Source: Paramecium tetraurelia
Taxonomy: Eukaryota
NCBI GenBank assembly: GCA_000165425.1
Contig: CT868674.1
Location: 248,001-312,000, forward strand
Reading direction: 5' to 3'
DNA length: 64,000 bases
The notes under the pieces: model-generated
Databases searched by the model: none
Seen by the model: only the letters and a program-made list of their open reading frames with translations
Told to the model about the DNA's origin: nothing
In this document: in pieces, positions 27,517-42,194 of the stretch
How positions within the stretch are numbered: the first letter of the stretch is position 1
Layout of the letters: the number at the start of each line of letters is the position of its first letter
Translations under genes and position numbers: made by a program

Positions 27517-28590
27517 TCATTAATCATTCTCCTACCTAGGGTCAATGTATACAGCAGGAATCAAGCCTGCTCTAAAAGTAGATATCACTTTATGGACAAG
27601 TTCCGATCTCTTGATTTTTGGATGATCATTGTAGTCTTGCTGCTAAAATTCCATGAAATCATTAGCAGGAGCAGGAAGACTATAATAGTGACTATAGAAT
27701 CCAGAATTACTCCAAATCACCAGAGAGTACTCTTTTCCCATTTAAATTTTCTGAGGAGTCTTAAAAACTATGTCATAACACCTATCAATAACTTTTTCAT
27801 GTTTGTGCTTTATAGTTCTGCTTTCTGTGTAAATGGGCTTTTTTTACAGGTTTTTCTTGTGATACAACCCAACGTTAAAATTAACTGGTTTGCGTTGATG
27901 ATTAAGCACTTATGAACAAAACAACATAGGTTATTTGAAACCCAACAGTTTGAAGTTTCGGAGAGCTGTGAATATCATCACGAACTATGCTCCTTATTCC
28001 AGTCGCCATGGCCAATTTTCTTCATTAAATGTTTTGAGTCTTGGTATTTCCAATTTGTCTAACATTAAGTTTTCATCAATCTTTTCTGGATGCGAATTTC
28101 CAATATGCTCTTCTGACTTAAAATGTTTAAGATTTGATGACTATTTATTTCCATCTTGTCTATCCATAAAAGGTAGACTATTCAACGAGCTAGGGAATTA
28201 AGTCTTAGTAGAACTAGTAGGTTATTTGATAGCCTCAATAACTCTTTGGAGTTTAGACTAAATGGAATCTTTGAGGATCACAAAAATTTAATGTTTTTTC
28301 TTCAGAAAGGCACTTAGTTATGTTATTTCATTTGGGGGTTTTTCATACTAAATTTCTTGCAATTGTGCAGTTAAATCAGTTTCTATCGATTGAACCAATT
28401 TTTGTATCATCACTTTGAATAGATTTACAATACTAATAGTCTCTTTTACAAAAATATTATCGATCAGATAGGATATAGGAACCGTCTCATGTTCATGTTT
28501 GCACTATTTGCATAGGCATCTAGTTTAACAATTCTAATCAACACAAAAGTTAACTATATCTTCTTTATGCATTGTGCAATAAGGATTCAT
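27517..28590 (-). CDS. B-box-like Zn finger + coiled coil + PHR-like C-terminal domain, 357 aa
   Basis: N-terminal C..H......C....C....C..C.H.H; C-terminal W...FVMIFTA...KLLGF...YDIVFKTPQKI....EYSL...GLIPAVYI. Confidence 0.7.
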
Positions 28591-28690
28591 TAAAAAACAG
28601 CTAATATTAATATATATATATAAATTTAATTCAACTAGCAATTAAAACGTACTCAATAATATAGTTAATTAAAATAATTTATATAAATGA

Positions 28691-29218
28691 TCATTGGCTG
28701 ATGAATAGGCTTCTCATCATGTAGTTGCCTTTCATTTTCTCTGGCTCATTAGCAGCAGAAAAGTAATTGCTGATACCTGGTATATAGGAAAATGGATCAG
28801 CAACTTTATTACTAGACAATAAATCCAAGAATAGTTGATCAGATATGTATTCTTGAAATACTACTTTTGAATCCTCATCGGAAATGACAGATTCTCTTAA
28901 GTCTTTAATTTTGATATTGGATTATTTCTCATTTTCTCTCATTTCTACAATTTTACTAAGTCCTTTTGGAATTTTAGATTAATCAGGGTATTTTTTTTTA
29001 AGCCATTTCACCAAGTTATTACCAATCATCTTCGGGAGATTCTTATACTTGATATCAGCCTCTTTAATTGTGACTGTTTCTTGTTTTGTTGTAGTGGTGG
29101 GCTATTTAGTATATTCTTAGTGGGATTAAAAACAAAACTCATCTTAGTTCTCTTCTTCCATGTGGCTGTTGTGAATATATGAATCTGTATTAAAAAGGTC
29201 CAATGAAAGAGCAGCCAT
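28691..29218 (-). CDS. Hypothetical ciliate-specific protein, 175 aa
   Basis: Intronless ORF MAALSLDLFN...YKNLPKMIGNNL...LFLDLLSSNKVADPFSYIPGISNYFSAANEPE. Confidence 0.72.
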
Positions 29219-30097
29219 TTATAAACCAAAATGATAATTATTTGGTTATTAATATCCACTCTTGAAGTATTCGAATTCTATTACTTTTGTTCAATTTATT
29301 AAACTATAATAATATATAAATATTTTGAATAATTATTTAAATTATAAACATATACAAAGTTTTAAATAATTAATGATTCTTGAAAATAAACTAAATCATA
29401 AAAATTACTAAATATTATAATTATTGTCAATTTTTCACAAAAATTAAATAATTATGAAGCTATATTTCTAATGATCTGTTCAAATATTATTCAAGAGCAT
29501 TTTTTATGATTTAGAAGCAGTTCTGTTGTAATTTAAAAAATTATAATTTTTTCATTTTTTGTTTTTTAATTATTTTTTTTTTATGGATTTGAGATAATTC
29601 GTATTTTTATTTCTTGAAATTGGGTGTTACTATTTATTATTAGTTGATCATCTAAAGTTTATTGATATTAGAGAAATATATTGGCTATTAATTAAATTCC
29701 CTTTTTATTTTGATATTACTCAAATTGAACTCTAAATTCACAAAAAGTGATTACACAATTAGAAAATTGTCTTGATTATTCTAGGATGAATTCAATCGAT
29801 TTTCTATTTGGTATAACATTGACAATTATGATTATTCTGGTAATTAAGTCTACAATTGCTCAATATATTAATGTAAATCATTTTAACATTGTAATTTGAT
29901 TAATACTAAGGGTCACTTTAGTATTCGTATAAAAAAATAATGATGTAAAATTTATCCTGAAACAAATAGAAATAAAAGGGTTTGTTTGCCATAAGGTTTT
30001 CATTAATAAATAAAATAGAACAATTGCATCCATATTGTATAAATTATTTTTCATTTTAAATACATATTGTTGAAAAAAATATTAATAATAAATCATA

Positions 30098-31384
30098 ATG
30101 AAATTTATATATTTAGTCATTTTGGAAATAGTCATTGTGGAAAGTCGAAATACGTTCACTTTTTCAATGAATTCAACCGATATTTATGATACAACATTGC
30201 AATTTGAAACAGATGCATATAGTAGTTCGATTAGTCTTAAATGTGATGTAAAATTTTTCATAAGTCTTAGAATTTATAATACTATCCTTGGAGTTCAACC
30301 AGTTATGGTTAATTTGATGTAACTTCAGAGCAAAGAAGATCTTTATAGTGTTCTGACACCAACTTCACTATTTAATTATCCAATGATTTCAATAAGGAGG
30401 AAATTTTGATCTCAGTTTACGATGCTAAGTATTTCAAAAAGATCGCAATATTCAAATTTTTATCAGACAACACCTATGTTCCTATAACTCCTTTGACTGA
30501 AGACTAAGCTTAATTATCAGCTCTTAGCTACACTAATAACGACTTTAATATAACTCTATATACTGCTAAGACAATCTATTTGGAGGTTTTTAAGTGTTAA
30601 AATTCATAAAGTTAACTAACTATGAAAGGTTATGATTCTAACTATCTCGTCCATAATGTGACCAAGATGAGTTCTAAGGAAGCCTTTTATGACATATTAT
30701 AAGCCAATTAAGGAGTTTATTATTATAGATTGTCATAGAGTTACTACAGTTCCCCTGATGTGTTTATTAAAGTAATTTAATAAAATATTTATTTAGTATT
30801 AAACTGCTCCTTTTTTTTCAATTGATTAAAACAAGATCAAGGAATACGGTGACAAATATTACAGTGTCTATGCATATGTAAGCTCAAGGAAAATACGAGT
30901 CTCCTTCCCTTCAGTTTAGGTTACAAATAATGAAAATGTTGAATTTACTGTTTTAGTGAGTAGGGATGCTTATGAGGGCAACTACGTAAACTGTGTCAAT
31001 GGAGATTTTAATCTTTTTTATAAATACGCATAAACCTATTCCTCTCAATTAAGAACTTTTTATTAGTAAAGAAATTATGGCACCCAAGATGTTGAAGTGG
31101 ATTTCCCCAATTCAGAGACTGGATGGTATAATGTTAGAGTGACTGCAGTAGTGGATCATGGATATATCAAACAGACAATTACATACGGCAAATATACAGT
31201 CTATTAGGACTATGAGATTTTCCCAGACACATTATTGGTTCACATCTTAGCTCCCATCATCATTTCCTGCATTGCTTTAATAGGCTTGATTTTTGGAGCC
31301 TGCAAGTTTTCAGCCAAAAAGAAATAGATGCAATAAATGGAATTATTGCAATAGTATTAAAGCAACATTAACCCTTAATATTGA
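30098..31384 (+). CDS. Type I membrane protein of unknown function
   Basis: Signal peptide MKFIYLVILEIVIVES; N-glycosylation sequons; single TM LLVHILAPIIISCIALIGLIFGAC followed by KFSAKKK; two introns. Confidence 0.8.
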
Positions 31385-31453
31385 TTACGATAAAAATACA
31401 ATATTTATATAAAGTTACTCATCTATATGTATTAATAATGATTGAGAAAGAAT

Positions 31454-32252
31454 TCATTTTCCTTGCTAACAATTGCTATTCTATTGCAGACTTTTAAAAA
31501 AGCAAGGATTTGATCGGTATAAGTAACTATTAACCTTTCTGACCCCTTCTACTACAAGTAACTCATAATCTGGCACTCTTCCTGCTTTAGAACATGGAAG
31601 TTACAGCAAGTTCTCTCCATATTTATTAAACTAATATATATATCTATTATGAATCGAACCTTTGTAAAATTCTTTGTTAACTCACATTACTAAATTACAG
31701 GCTTGAAAAGACTTAAGTTCACAAATATAGGAATGAAGCAAAAATCAACAAGTGAGATTTACTCCCCATTCATAAATTTCTTATCTTACAACCACTTTTC
31801 TACTTATTCAAAATTTGTTTTTAATAATTCCTTGTGTTTAAAGAATTTCTTATTCATATATAATAAATACCTCCTCCTCTTGACTAAAAACGAAAATTGA
31901 CATATTTTTCATTATCTCACTTGCATATTCAAATTTTCCTCTGTCCAAAGCCTTTTATATCGGATCAGATGGCATGATCTAGGGGGGTGTCATTTCATCA
32001 ATATATTCCATAATAGCATCGGATTCAAATAAAACAACTATGTAACATAATCATTCATAATATACTGTCATCTCCAATAATTAATATTGGTACTCTAGCC
32101 AAAGGACTGATCTTCAAAAACCATTCAGGTTTGCTATACATTTCTATGAATTTTATCTCAAATTTAATGTTCTTGTAACACATTAGAGCCAGCACTCTCA
32201 TACTATAAGGGCATAATTTAAAGGTAACCAAGGTGTGTTTAAATTTTTGCAT
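31454..32252 (-). CDS. Glutathione S-transferase, Cys-type (omega/DHAR/lambda-like)
   Basis: CPYSMRV, KPEWFLKISPLARVPIL, ESDAIMEYIDE, ISLVDF..IP; three introns, one with a GTT donor (31631-31659). Confidence 0.9.
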
Positions 32253-32636
32253 TTAATCTGAAACTTAATACAAGAATAAATTTAATTACGCCAATAAAAT
32301 TCTGAATTCTTTACTTTCATACAAAGCATTGTATTTTATACATAAGTAAAGAAATATAGTTCTTTTAAAATTAATTTACTAGTCAGAATTAAGAAACTCT
32401 TATCTGTTCTCTATTCAAAACAAGATTAATTTCTAATCTATATATTTTACGAGTAATATTCTAAAATTCTTAACTCATAATTCAAAAGAATTATATTAAT
32501 TGTTATTTGGAGGATGAATTATCAAAATTTCAGTCCATTTTTTACTATCTCCAACAATCAATTGTGCATTTTATAAACGCCATGAATTGAATAATATTAC
32601 TATTATAAAAAAGTTTCAATATATAAATTATCAAAT

Positions 32637-35123
32637 ATGAAACGTCGCCCTCAAAGTGCAATCATAGCTAAGATCATTAAGGATAGATAAGAATCAGGGA
32701 TGAATAAGTAAAAATACAATTCTAGCAGAGTTCATAATTGATCTATATAAAAAAACAAACTCCATAATAGGTACCACCCAAGGAATATTTTGAGGATCAG
32801 GAACAAATGTACTTTGCGAATTTGTCATTGAAATAATAGTGTAATGAGTTAAAATTTGAGAATTCAAAACTCAAAGCCTCGGTATCTCAATTGAAAGTAC
32901 CAATTATATTTATAGAATAGAAATAAATTATAAAGATAGAGAAGATCGATAAATATTAGGCAAATTGCGATCCTCTTGGAGTGATTTAAGGGGGTGAGGG
33001 GAGCATCGTACCAATTTTGAAAGCTAAAGTAAAGGAATAGCGTAATTAAATTGAAGAATTATAAACTGATTTGCATTAACAGTATAAGTCTGTTAAATTG
33101 ACAAAATTATCAGAGTTATAAAGAGAAATTGAGAATTAGTAAAATGAAATTATGAAGCTCAGATAAGTTATTCAATCTGCTCTCAATATTAATGATTAAG
33201 AGTAAACTATAATATAATTTATAAAGTTTGGTGAATGATCCAAATATAATCGAAAAGCTCTCAAAATTCACAATCACAGTACACTAATAAGAGAATTCGA
33301 TTTAATAGTTGATGAAGTAGAATGATAAATTAAAGCTGGAATATTAGGAAATGTCTAATGATAACGCTAAATTATTAGAAGAAATGAAGTAATTGAATTT
33401 TGAGAAAATTAATTATAAAAAGCAATTGGATGAATAAACAATCACAGAGAGTGAAATGTATCAATAAAAGAAGAGAGAATTCTTGGAAATGAAATTAGCG
33501 TATACATTTTAATTAATATTACAGTGCTACTTTGAAGTAATTGGATACTTTAAAAGGGGAGTTGTCTTTGTATGAGAATAAGTCAAAATTGTTATAGAAG
33601 CACATCAAGGATTAAGAAAAAGAATTTAAATAGACAATAATGGAATTACAAAAGTAGAAATAAAACTTAGAAGAATAATGCAATAAAAAAGATATCATAA
33701 TGTATTTTAAATACTATTTTAGATAAGATTTAAATGATAGGATTAATATTTTGGATTTATTGAAGCAGAAGAACTCTCCTAAGCCATCTGAGTCTCCTCT
33801 CACTTTGCAACTCAAAAAGTCATTCTTTCCTCCCACAACTTACAGAGATTAAATGACATAATTTCCAGAAAAACAAAATTAGGATATCAATTAGGATGTT
33901 AATTGTAAGCCCATTAATAAGAATAAATTGGAAAATCTGTTTTAGTAATTAAAATTCAAAATCATCTCTTAAAAATTAACAAAGGAAAGGATTCATTTTA
34001 CATTTCATAACAAAGAATTCATATAATTAAGTGATGCAATTTAAGTCTTTATGAATGCACCCTATAACTTTTAAAAATCTGATTCAATAATATTGGGTAG
34101 ATATCTAATTGGAGAGGATCAAGGACTCTCAAATTCAATATAATGGTAGGATACATAGGAAGTTAAAGAAATTGTTGAATAATTTTTCAACCACCCTAAG
34201 ATAAAATCTTAATATGTAAATAGATTTATTAATATAATAATAGTTAACATTTTAGACAATTTTGAAACAGAATTACTATTCAAGAGCAGTTAATGAGAAA
34301 TTAATGTAATGTAATATACCAAGTAAAATATACAATAGAGATGACTTCATCTTGCTATTGAAAAATAACTTTAAATTCACATACGAGCAAATAGATTATA
34401 TGTTGATGATGAACTATATATATTCAAACGAAGTAGAAAATATAGATATAAATGCTCTGAGATAATTCATAATACAAGAGTGTGATCTCTAAACAACACT
34501 TCATAATTTAACATATGTTTGTTAAGATTCCGTTAGATATGTACCAAAATAAATCAAAAAAGTTTCATATTCAGATGATGATGAATTTAATTATCCTATG
34601 GTTGAAAGCAAGAATTTGAAATCTAACTAAAAATAGAAAGATGATTCAAAAATTGAAATTAAACCACCTGAATTATCAAATCAAGTACAAAATATCATTA
34701 CAAGTGAACAATACTTAACGTTTTCATGTATAATTTATGATATACTTAGAATTTAAAGTCAGTGATTAATAATAACTCAAAAGTTCAGAATCTAGAAAGC
34801 CAAGCAACCATAATAATAACAATAGCGATATTTTCCAATATAGTCAATCATTACTACCCATGACCACTTTGAAAAGACCTTCGGATTTATAATAAATGTC
34901 ATAAGATAACTCAATCTAATTTAATATTACAAACTAATTTTAGTCTCCATAAACAAATAAGAAAAGGACGAATTAAATAACTGAATTCTATCCTGGGAAA
35001 GAGATTGCTGATTAAAGGAACATCCAATATAATGTTGATAACGATACATAAATTACTGACATCAATAAAAAGGAGGATGATTATTATGAAGAAATTTTGG
35101 AAGAATACATAGAAGAATTGTGA
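32637..35123 (+). CDS. Coiled-coil protein with IQCE-like N-terminal region
   Basis: MKRRPQSA...EQMYFANLSLKQQCNELKFENSKLKA...LKAKVKEQ...KSVKLTKLSEL..E.....NEIMKLR; many introns; the 5' frame needs intron 32708-32730 or a 1-nt indel. Confidence 0.65.
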
Positions 35124-35288
35124 TAATTTATTTAGTAATAAATTATAATTTCATATAATCATTAATCATTAAATAACTATATAAAATATATGCTTTACAA
35201 TATAATATCAAATAGTATGATATAAAATTAACATAAATTATCACTCAATAAGTAAGGTAATAATAATTTATATATATGTAATCAGACT

Positions 35289-36970
35289 TCATTAAAATTA
35301 AAGCAAGTACTCTTCAGCATTATATATTTTATTTCCACCATAAATGATCACTTTTTTAATGCTTTTAGCAAATTCACTTAATTCAGCATATTCATTATAA
35401 CAAGCCCCATCTGTAAAGCACACTAAGATGCCTTTGATAGTTTACAATAAACCGAATTCTAACCTCTAACATAGAATGGTAAAGTACCGAAATATTTTTA
35501 ACTCTGGAATCATACATGGTTAATATTGATTGCAACTCATCGATCTTCAATTCATTTAAAAACAGATTTTCTAACATTTGAACAATAGCAGATTTCTTTC
35601 CTATTATGAAAATAGGGTTAATCTATACCTTGCGATAAAAAGTTTTGAACATTTTTCAATAGACCCTTTCCAGAATTAGGCATCTTGGATGTGATGGCAG
35701 CAAATAAGGATTTATATGCGCTTTGCTATTTATTGTTTTAATTAGAAGCCACTCTTTATTTAAAATTAGAAAGAATGTTCAAATATTTTTCATTTTTAAT
35801 TGAAAACAGCTATTCAAATTTCTTAAACTCTTATTGGTTGTAATTGTTTAATAACATTAGAATCAATAATCTGAGTTTATCAATTTCCTTGGATTACTCA
35901 ATTTAAGTATCTTCTGATTGAGGATAATCATTGATTGCCACAGTATCATTTTATAATATGCTTTATCCCAATTGATAAAATTTATCAAGTGACTTTTATT
36001 TTGCAATTTGAGTCAGTTATTTAGCTAGATTAATGTGTGAATCAACCATCTTTTTTTATTGATTCATTTATGGCACTAAATCAATAGCATTAAGTGCACT
36101 CGAAATTTCTTAATTTTATTATGACACTTATTAATATTGAGTGTTCCAATCATTTAATTCATTATCAATTTTATCGATTGCATAAGGCAAAGCCAAATTG
36201 CATGCTTAGAGCCATAAATCATCATATTAAGGTGAGAGATCATATACTTGATCCTCTAATTTAACTTTATTGTATTGAATATTGAGAGTATCATGAAGCA
36301 ATGCTCCATATGTGTTTGAATGCATTATTAAAGTATTCAGATCGATGTCTCTGTCTGGTAAGATGATTGCTAGCAGAGGGTAATCTGAATTGATTTCAAA
36401 TTATTTGAGTTTTTCAATTAATTCTTTTGCAATTTGTTCAATTTTTGAATTCTTTTGGAATATGATCAATGGTTAGATTTTAAGAGCAATTATGATAGAA
36501 AACAATCCATTTACAACTTGATTTTCCAGATTAAAGAAATTATGATTAAGAGCAACAAAGTCAAGATTGTGTTCATATACTTTTTATATTTTTTAGACAG
36601 CTCCACTAATTTTGCTAAGCTCTTTGGCCATGTATTCTAATAAAGTGTTTTCAACAGGAGATGAGAAATTAATGTACACTTCTGAATAAAGATCTCTATT
36701 AAAATCATCAACCATCTTTTCTATACTAGTTTGTATTGGTTGTATGAAATAAATTGCTGTGACTCCATGCAATCTCTCTCGAATTTGATCAAGATTGAAA
36801 TGAAGAGTAATGCACATTTCTCTCAAATCTCCTACCCTGTATATAGTGGACAATCTTTTTTCACAGTAGGAATCATAACAGAGTATTTTAAAAGGGATTC
36901 TTATGTCTGGCTTTAGGATTGGAGTTAAGGCATCTCTTTAGGCTTGAATGAGTGACGTGTTGATTTGCAT
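35289..36970 (-). CDS. SLY1: Sec1/Munc18 family protein, Sly1/SCFD1-like
   Basis: FKILCYD......LS....VGDLRE..ITLHF.L...RE.L..V.AIYFIQP, DLYSEVYINFSSP, DRDIDL...MHS.TY, GACYNEY, IIYGG. Confidence 0.88.
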
Positions 36971-37021
36971 TTATAATTAATTTATTATATATATAACCAC
37001 ATTTATAATAATTATTCATTC

Positions 37022-38347
<1,326 letters not shown>

Positions 38348-38660
38348 GATTTATAATCCAATAATATATTCATTTATTAATATCAATATAAATATCCTAT
38401 TTAAGCATCTCAAATTATCTGGGTTGTTTATCTAAATTTATCAAAATAAATAGTATTCGTTATATTAATCTAATTTGATTAATATATTTATCTTTCTTAT
38501 ATAAGAAAAAAATATTTAAAGATAAGTCAATCATAAGATGAAATTATGTAATCCTCATTTAAGACTCATAAATGAAGATACATTTTACTAATTTAAAAAC
38601 AGTAAACTACTTATTAATACAATTTATCTTATGAGTTTATTTTCTGAATCAATTATATAC

Positions 38661-40140
38661 TCATGATTATTATTAATATATATGCATATCACTTCTCACA
38701 ATCATCTTATTCACATTCTCAATATCAATTCTTTAGTGATTAGAATCACAATTTATACTGTACCACTTCCGCTCCCTGTTTTTTAAGACTTCTCTTACTG
38801 CTAAAGGTGCCAATTATCCTCCATTCTCTCCAATATCTCCTGAATTGTATTTAAAACCTATTTCCTCTTTCGGGAATACCAAGGGTATATAATCATTCAC
38901 TTATATTCTCTTATAAATTGGATCCAATTCTATAAGAGATCCCCCTAGTTTCACACCAGCCTAATATAAAAAATCTGGAGTGTTTTTCATAGAAGCTTTG
39001 ATAGATTTTGAGCTTGTTAATATCAAATGTAAATGATTTTGCTATATCAAGAGACTTCTTGTAGAATTTCAAAGCAGTCTCTATATTATCTTGTGCAATC
39101 TATTATCTCTCTTGTTAATAATACAAAAGATCTTTTTATTCTTTGACTTTGTAGGCTAAATTTTGTGCATCTTGAATTCCTGTATTCATTCCAAATCCAC
39201 CAGCAGGTGGCATTCCATGACATGCATCTCCAACTAGAACACAGTTATTCTTATAATATTATTCTGCGTAAACAGCACCCATTCTCCAAAAACCAACAGA
39301 CTTTATTTCGATATCATTTACTTAATTTCGTAATGTTTTGTTTATAAGATTTTTAATTAATACATGATCTTACTTTAAGTGTTAAACTTCTTATATGTCA
39401 GTTTTACCAGTCAATAGATCTAAGGGTATTTGAATAGCAAAGGTGCCATCTTCAATTCTATGTTTAATTATGACTGCTGTAATATCAGAATTATATATGA
39501 ATGATAACATTGAGTTGTATTATTCAAGTCTATTTACTAATTACTTGGATGTGAAATGAATATTTAAAAATCTTTAAAGATCTCGATTGCCTATCAATTT
39601 GATTTTCAGATAATCCCTAACAAAACCATTCAATCCATCACATCCATATAGATAGTCACATGTTATATCATCATTAACTTTGATAATTTTATCCTTGAAT
39701 TCAATTTTCTTAATTTCCTTATTTAATTAAATTTTATCTCTTATTCCCTCTTAGACATGTTGGACAAATAGACTTTATGGTAAATGTGCATAACTTGTAT
39801 ATGAATATTATTTATAATCTATTAATTAACGTGTACTATTCAATGGTTATTCTCCAATTCTACGCAAATAAACATAATTAGAAAAATGTTGGATATTTTC
39901 TAATGGTAATTAGATGTTTAATTCATCTAGAATCTACATATCAACTAGAAAGTAGTACTTCCATTGTTCTCATATTGAGATAATGAGCTGAAGGATGTGC
40001 AGATAAAAAGGATTGCTTTTCGAATATTTGAAAAGGGATGTTAAATCTCTTAAAGTAATGTCCCAAAATGAGACCAACTCTATAAAGTTTATAATGTATT
40101 ACGGTCCAGCACCAACAATCAAATGAGGAATATGCACCAT
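38661..40140 (-). CDS. FAD-dependent monooxygenase (FAD_binding_3, aromatic hydroxylase-like) with apparent +1 frameshift at ~38991
   Basis: IVGAGPVGL, HPSAHYLNMRTME, GCDG, VLVGDACHGMPPAGGFGMNTGIQDAQNLAYK; shifted-frame C-terminus PLVFPKEEIGFKY...IVRSDMHIY. Confidence 0.88.
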
Positions 40141-40403
40141 GTTTATAATATATTATTAATAATCATCTTTTTTATATCTGTAATTCTTTTTTCATAAAAC
40201 AATTCAGTTTTAGCCGATCCCAAATTCACTATTTCAGAACACCCATCTGTATCCTCTTCTTGTTAAATACAAAGTTTGACATATGAATCATATATCATTC
40301 ATTTGTCATCCCATTACTCACATAATCTATCAATTGCAAACCTAGCTATTTACAACAAATCGGGATGATTTACCATTAGTTATTAATATTTATAAGTTTA
40401 TAT

Positions 40404-42161
40404 TCATTTCTATGTAATCCAAATCTTTACCTTCTTGTCTGCTGAACAACTAATTAAGTATGTACTGAATTGTAAATCAGTGATTTGATCATTATGAGCA
40501 TCTAATTCAATAAGGGATTCAATCAACACCGTAACTTTCCACTTCTAAATTTCTAATAATTCATTAGTTAATTACTTCCAGACACATCCCCCGTATAAAA
40601 TGTATCTAGTTCATTTCCCTCAACTGAAGCTGTAAATGGACTTCTATGCTTTACAGTAGTAACCAATTGTAATGCACTATCCCATAGTCTAATTACTCCA
40701 TCAGTTCCAATTGTAATCAATCTGCTGTCATGCATAGGTATTATGCCCACTACTTCATTGTTACTTGATTGTATGACATTGTCAACATGAAACACATTCC
40801 CTAATTTCCATTAGTAGAGTCTTCCCCCTAAGTCTGCTGAAAATAGTTTATTCTCAAATATCGCAAAGCTACAACAATCATATTTATGCATGTAAACCTG
40901 TGGAGTTAAATTGATAAATAAGTATTCAATTGGTTAATCTGCTATTATTTGTTATTTCAATTTATAAACAATTAATTGAGTTTAAACTAAAATCAAGAAT
41001 AGATCATTGATCAAACCAATCTTATTAATCACTCCAATATTAGGTGTTATAAACTCACCTTTGGGTATCCACTTATCCTTCCTCTTCTCATACATCAATA
41101 CTTGTGTCTAAGTTAACAAAGCCAAAAGACTTTAAGTAATTTCAACCACTTATTTAATGTTTTGATTATTGCCCAATTATTACATTAATTTTAAACTAGG
41201 GTACTCAAAAAATGAAACTATTTTCGAACATGTAACAATTTATCCATTCTTCATTCTTATACATGATATCACATATGTTAAATGGTCAATTACTCCATAT
41301 AATTAAAAATTTTCTGTTTTCTCAAATTATAATTGAGTATTATCAAATTTAGTTGGTCTTGCAAGTAATGAAGTGTAATCAATTGATTAAATATACTCCT
41401 ATTATTTATCAGGATATAAACTATCCACAAATTCTTAGTAGGTCCCGTATGGCTTAGATGTGTGATACTCCTTTGGATTTGACAAATGAATTGCACTCTA
41501 AAACAATCTATCTTCACGTGATTTAAGTGTATTTTCTAATTTCAATGCATTTTCTAGCTTGATCTACTATTGATCTAATTAATACTAATTTCCAATATAG
41601 AATAACCCATCTAAAACTGTTTTAACTTAATTAATTTATTCTCTCACTTTAGTAACTATTCTAATTTTATCTTTTTCATATTTATTAATCACATCCTATG
41701 ATCCCTATTACAATATTGGCAATACTAATTATAATCCTTCTTCGTACACCTTACCATCCTTCATCATTTCAATATGATCAATGATATTCTTTAATTATTT
41801 ACTGTGTATCCATTGATTATCAATTAGAGATATTAACTTCTATTCCCTCTAATTAAGAATCTAATTCGTCTTTTCTTTTAAGTATTAAAATTCTTTTTTA
41901 ATATGCTAAATTATGTCTTCCTTGAAATAAATTCGTTTCAATCGTTCAACTTCTGATCTTTGTCAATACATATTAGTACCTTTGAAATTCATATAACATC
42001 CTATCAACAAACTTGGAAAGGGGAGTTACATTTGTATCGACATGGCCAATATGCTGTTAGTTGACACATGAATTACATGCCAATTTATATTTGCAATCTA
42101 GTTTATTGCAAACATGAGTGGTTTGGGAATTATGTTAATAACAATTCATTAAATTGTGCAT
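40404..42161 (-). CDS. B-box-like + coiled coil + WD40 repeat protein
   Basis: N-terminal C..H......C....C....C..C...H.GH; C-terminal LITIGTDGVIRLWD and AHNDQITDL...SCSADKKVKIW; two introns. Confidence 0.8.
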
Positions 42162-42194
42162 ACTAATTATTATTAATAATAAATATATCGTTTT

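Noticed and set aside
35282..35300. Possible further +1 error at the Sly1 C-terminus (QFQ* versus QFNEV*)
   Set aside because: Both endings are plausible and cannot be distinguished from sequence alone.
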